A stretch of DNA of 64,000 bases from Dechloromonas sp. (lineage in GTDB: Bacteria; Pseudomonadota; Gammaproteobacteria; Burkholderiales; Rhodocyclaceae), in NCBI GenBank assembly GCA_016790815.1, contig JAEUOG010000004.1:987-64986 (forward strand). Direction: 5' to 3'. The notes under the pieces were generated by a model. The model was not told the origin of the DNA, made no database searches, and worked only from the letters and a program-made list of their open reading frames with translations. Of this stretch, positions 61,149 to 64,000 are shown piece by piece. Numbering within the stretch: position 1 is the first letter of the stretch; every line of letters begins with the position of its first letter. The position numbers were made by a program, and so were the translations under genes.

Positions 61149-61871
61149 TCATAGGATTTTTCGGTCGAGTCCCTTGATCCACACCGAGTAAAGCTGTTCC
61201 GAAAGCTGTCGCATGGCAGGAAGTCTGTCTGAAATTTCCGCCTGCATCGCTTCCGGCGTTTGGGCGCTGGGCAGATCGGCAACGGCAACTGCCTCGTTGG
61301 CCCATTGCTCGCACCACGTGGCAATCATTTCCGGCGTCATCTCGACGTGGCATTGCATGGCGAGGTGAGGGCCCATTGCGAACATCTGGTTGGCGCAGTA
61401 GCCATTGGCCAGCAGGCGGGTAGCGCCCGTCGGGATACTGAACGTTTCGCCATGCCACTGGAAAACCGTACCGTTCTTGCCAGCGAAGTCGCCAAGCCAG
61501 TGGCGGGCGATGTCATTGTCTTCGCCGTGGGCTCCGCTCCAGCCGATTTCCTTGACTGGATTGCGCGTGACCTGCCCGCCCAGCGCCTTGCTCATCAACT
61601 GTCCGCCAAGGCAATGGCCGATGACCGGCACGTCCTTCGCCACCGCTTCGCGAATCAGCTCGCATACGCATTCTATCCACGGCAGCGGATCATTGACGCT
61701 CATGGGGCCGCCCATGAAACAGAGGCCGGAGAAACCGTCGATACTTGCCGGTACTTCAGCACCCTCGTCAACGGCAATCAATGTCCATGGAATCCCTTGC
61801 TGCTCAAGGAATATGGCAAAATAGCCCGGACCTTCAGTGGGGGAGTGGCGAAAGATGGCAACAGGGTGCAT
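61149..61871 (-). CDS. Type 1 glutamine amidotransferase
   Basis: MGGPMS, GHCLGGQ (catalytic Cys), QWHGETF, QCHVE. Confidence 0.9.
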   Translation of the reverse strand: MHPVAIFRHSPTEGPGYFAIFLEQQGIPWTLIAVDEGAEVPASIDGFSGLCFMGGPMSVNDPLPWIECVCELIREAVAKDVPVIGHCLGGQLMSKALGGQVTRNPVKEIGWSGAHGEDNDIARHWLGDFAGKNGTVFQWHGETFSIPTGATRLLANGYCANQMFAMGPHLAMQCHVEMTPEMIATWCEQWANEAVAVADLPSAQTPEAMQAEISDRLPAMRQLSEQLYSVWIKGLDRKIL

Positions 61872-61890
61872 GACGGCGTTGGTGTTCAGA

Positions 61891-62532
61891 GTGGCGAAGC
61901 GTCATTTTACGCTGCTTGGCCTGTTGGCGTTGATGCTGCCTGCGGCCGGAATGGCACAGGATGTCGGGCTGGCCGGGATCATGGGCTCCAAGGCAATGCT
62001 CATGATCAACGGCGGGGAGCCGCAGGCTGTGCCGCTTGGCAAAACGGTGGATGGCGTCAAGCTCGTTTCGATTCAGGATGATCAAGTTACTATCGAGATT
62101 GGCGGGCGAAAGCGTCCCTTGCGTGTTGGCCAACATGCCGTTGGCGTTTCCGGCGGTGACGGCTCGGACAAGATCGTGATGACGGCCGATATTCAGGGGC
62201 ATTTCTATACCACCGGAACAGTGAATGGTACGTCGGTTCGCTTCGTCGTCGATACCGGCGCAACCACCATTGCACTGGGACCGAGTGATGCCCGCCGGAT
62301 CGGTTTGGATCTGCGTCAAGGTCAGCGCGGGTTGACGAACACCGCCAATGGAACCGTGGTTGTCACGCGCGTTCCGCTCGATACCGTCAGAATAGGCGGC
62401 GTTACATTGCACAATGTCGAAGCGGTTGTCCTGCCATCTGAAATGCCGATTGCCCTGCTGGGCATGAGTTTTTTGAACCGTATGGAAATGCAACGTGACG
62501 GCAGTACCATGATACTGAAAAAAAGATTTTAG
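61891..62532 (+). CDS. Clan AA (retropepsin-like) aspartic protease, TIGR02281-type; start uncertain
   Basis: Signal peptide, GHF, VDTGAT, TANG, LLGMSFL. Confidence 0.88.
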   Translation: MAKRHFTLLGLLALMLPAAGMAQDVGLAGIMGSKAMLMINGGEPQAVPLGKTVDGVKLVSIQDDQVTIEIGGRKRPLRVGQHAVGVSGGDGSDKIVMTADIQGHFYTTGTVNGTSVRFVVDTGATTIALGPSDARRIGLDLRQGQRGLTNTANGTVVVTRVPLDTVRIGGVTLHNVEAVVLPSEMPIALLGMSFLNRMEMQRDGSTMILKKRF

Positions 62533-62541
62533 GAGAGAGAG

Positions 62542-62799
62542 ATGCCGCAGAAAGATCAGGAAATTGCCCTGTTGCGTGATGAGTTGGAAATGCTGATGGG
62601 GGAGCGGCAATCGCTGCTGCGCGTTGCAGGTGCTGCGGCAGTCATGATCGCCAGTATGGACAGCAAGCGTTTGCCGGTAGGTGCCATTGAGTCGGCCGAT
62701 CTGGTGGCCACGACGATCAACGATCTCGCCGAAGAAACGCTTCAGGATGCATTGGCTGCGGTCAACGCCGAAATTGAGGAAGATTCCGGCGCCGCATGA
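62542..62799 (+). CDS. Hypothetical acidic helical / coiled-coil protein
   Basis: AGGAG RBS; ATGA coupling to the Nudix gene. Confidence 0.75.
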   Translation: MPQKDQEIALLRDELEMLMGERQSLLRVAGAAAVMIASMDSKRLPVGAIESADLVATTINDLAEETLQDALAAVNAEIEEDSGAA

Positions 62800-63392
62800 T
62801 GCTGGACTTGGAGCACCTGCGGGCGAGTCTGCTGTCAGAACCGCTGACCGGGCATTTCGTTCAAGAGGATGGTGCAGAGGAACAGTCGTTGACGCCTGCG
62901 GCGGTACTCTTTCCAATCGTATTACGCGAGGGGGAACAGACGGTCCTGCTCACCCAGCGCACGGCGCACCTCCGCGACCATGCAGGGCAGATCAGCTTCC
63001 CTGGCGGACGGGTCGAGGCTGACGACCTTTCGCCATCGCACACGGCGCTGCGCGAAACCGAAGAAGAGATCGGGCTTTCGCGCGAACGCATCGAGATTCT
63101 TGGTTTTCTACCTGAATACAGGACTGGAACAGGGTTTCGCGTAACCCCCGTCGTGGGGCTCGTCCAGCCCCCATTCAACCTGATGCCCGATCCCTTCGAG
63201 GTCGCCGAGGTCTTTGAGGTGCCGCTCGCCTTTCTGCTGGATCCGGCCAATCACCAGCAGCATTCGCTGCATTATCGCGGCGCACTTCGCAACTACTTCG
63301 CCATGCCCTACGGAGACTATTTCATATGGGGGGCTACTGCCGGCATGATCCGTTCGCTGAGTGAGCGTCTTGGCCTTCTCCACGTGGCTTGA
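62796..63392 (+). CDS. nudL: CoA pyrophosphatase (NudL/Pcd1 Nudix)
   Basis: LLTQR..HL..HAGQISFPGG, ALRETEEEIG, IWGATAG. Confidence 0.88.
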   Translation: MMLDLEHLRASLLSEPLTGHFVQEDGAEEQSLTPAAVLFPIVLREGEQTVLLTQRTAHLRDHAGQISFPGGRVEADDLSPSHTALRETEEEIGLSRERIEILGFLPEYRTGTGFRVTPVVGLVQPPFNLMPDPFEVAEVFEVPLAFLLDPANHQQHSLHYRGALRNYFAMPYGDYFIWGATAGMIRSLSERLGLLHVA

Positions 63393-63455
63393 GCTTGTGG
63401 TATGGTTTTACTTTACACATGAAAATATGCCGATAACGGCAATCATCGGCACCCC

Positions 63456-64000
63456 ATGAGTCTTCTCTCGCTCATCGCAGTTTTTCTCCTCGAGCAACTG
63501 CAACCTCTCGATTATCGTCGCATTGTCGCTGAGCCACTCGGTGCCTGGGCGGATTTCATCGAGTCGCGCTTCAACGCAGGCGAGTACCGGCACGGCGTGC
63601 TGGCCTGGTGTCTGGCGGTTCTCCTGCCTGTGGTGGTTGTCGCCGTTGCCTACGGCCTGCTTTATTCCCTGAATCCACTCTTCGGCTGGGTATTCAACGT
63701 CGGCGTGCTCTATCTGACCATGGGCTTCAGGCAATTCAGTCACCATTACACCGAAATTCAGCTGGCTTTGCGCCTCGGCGATCTGGAGCGTGCTCGCCAA
63801 CTGCTGGCAGAGTGGCAGGGTATTTCCACCTACGGTCTGGGTTCCGAAGACATCGCCCGCTTGTCCATTGAAGGCGCGCTGGCCGCTTCGCATCGTCACG
63901 TCTTTGCCGTCGTACTCTGGTTTGTCCTGTTGCCGGGACCATGCGGTGCCTTGCTCTACCGCCTGTCCGCTATTGTTCGTGACCGCTGGAATACCGACAA
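63456..64000 (+). CDS. CobD/CbiB/AmpE-family membrane protein (3' truncated)
   Basis: Manual translation MSLLSLIAVFLLEQ...LYLTMGFRQFSH...HRHVFAV..WF..LPGP.GALLYR; open to the window end. Confidence 0.8.
   Translation, partial: MSLLSLIAVFLLEQLQPLDYRRIVAEPLGAWADFIESRFNAGEYRHGVLAWCLAVLLPVVVVAVAYGLLYSLNPLFGWVFNVGVLYLTMGFRQFSHHYTEIQLALRLGDLERARQLLAEWQGISTYGLGSEDIARLSIEGALAASHRHVFAVVLWFVLLPGPCGALLYRLSAIVRDRWNTD

Noticed and set aside
61891-62532. Retropepsin-like protease as a sign of a retroelement or prophage
   Set aside because: Ordinary chromosomal TIGR02281-type family with a signal peptide; no RT, integrase or phage genes nearby.

Overview
A 64-kb, GC-rich core-chromosome segment of a betaproteobacterium. 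Gene order and protein style suggest Rhodocyclales (Dechloromonas/Azonexus-like); this is inferred, not searched. Contents in order: aceA (5' end), rraA, clpA-clpS, csp, orphan soxYZ, moaC, bepA, tusA, pabB/C fusion, valS, GT39, holC, pepA, lptFG, ECF sigma cassette, ilvIHC, pssA, leuA, wrbA, yihY, rpsP-rimM-trmD-rplS, folE2-dxs-ispA-xseB, Rieske oxygenase-DMT-SpoIIAA-rhodanese, queG, tsaE, amiC, GGDEF, ribF-ileS-lspA-fkpB-ispH, a divergent type IV minor-pilin cassette (fimU-pilVWXY1E), rpsT, argDFG, ppnP, yajQ and others. No tRNA, rRNA, CRISPR array, IS or prophage was seen. The most striking unexplained signal is a dispersed ~34-bp DNA motif, consensus TT(C/G)AWTTT-N7-WTTTW-N3-GT(T/C/A)GACCG(C/T)(A/G)G. 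About 18 copies of varying quality were found by eye, on both strands, in intergenic DNA and inside genes in different frames, where rare codons coincide with it. Its architecture (GCGGTC-containing core plus two phased A/T tracts) resembles the Pasteurellaceae uptake signal sequence, so it is a candidate undescribed DNA-uptake or chromosome-labelling sequence. Other highlights: ArgG with a histone H1-like tail, a terminator-like leader before argD, a PopZ-like protein near valS, probable non-canonical starts (ATA, CTG) and an apparent recombination seam inside ispH.
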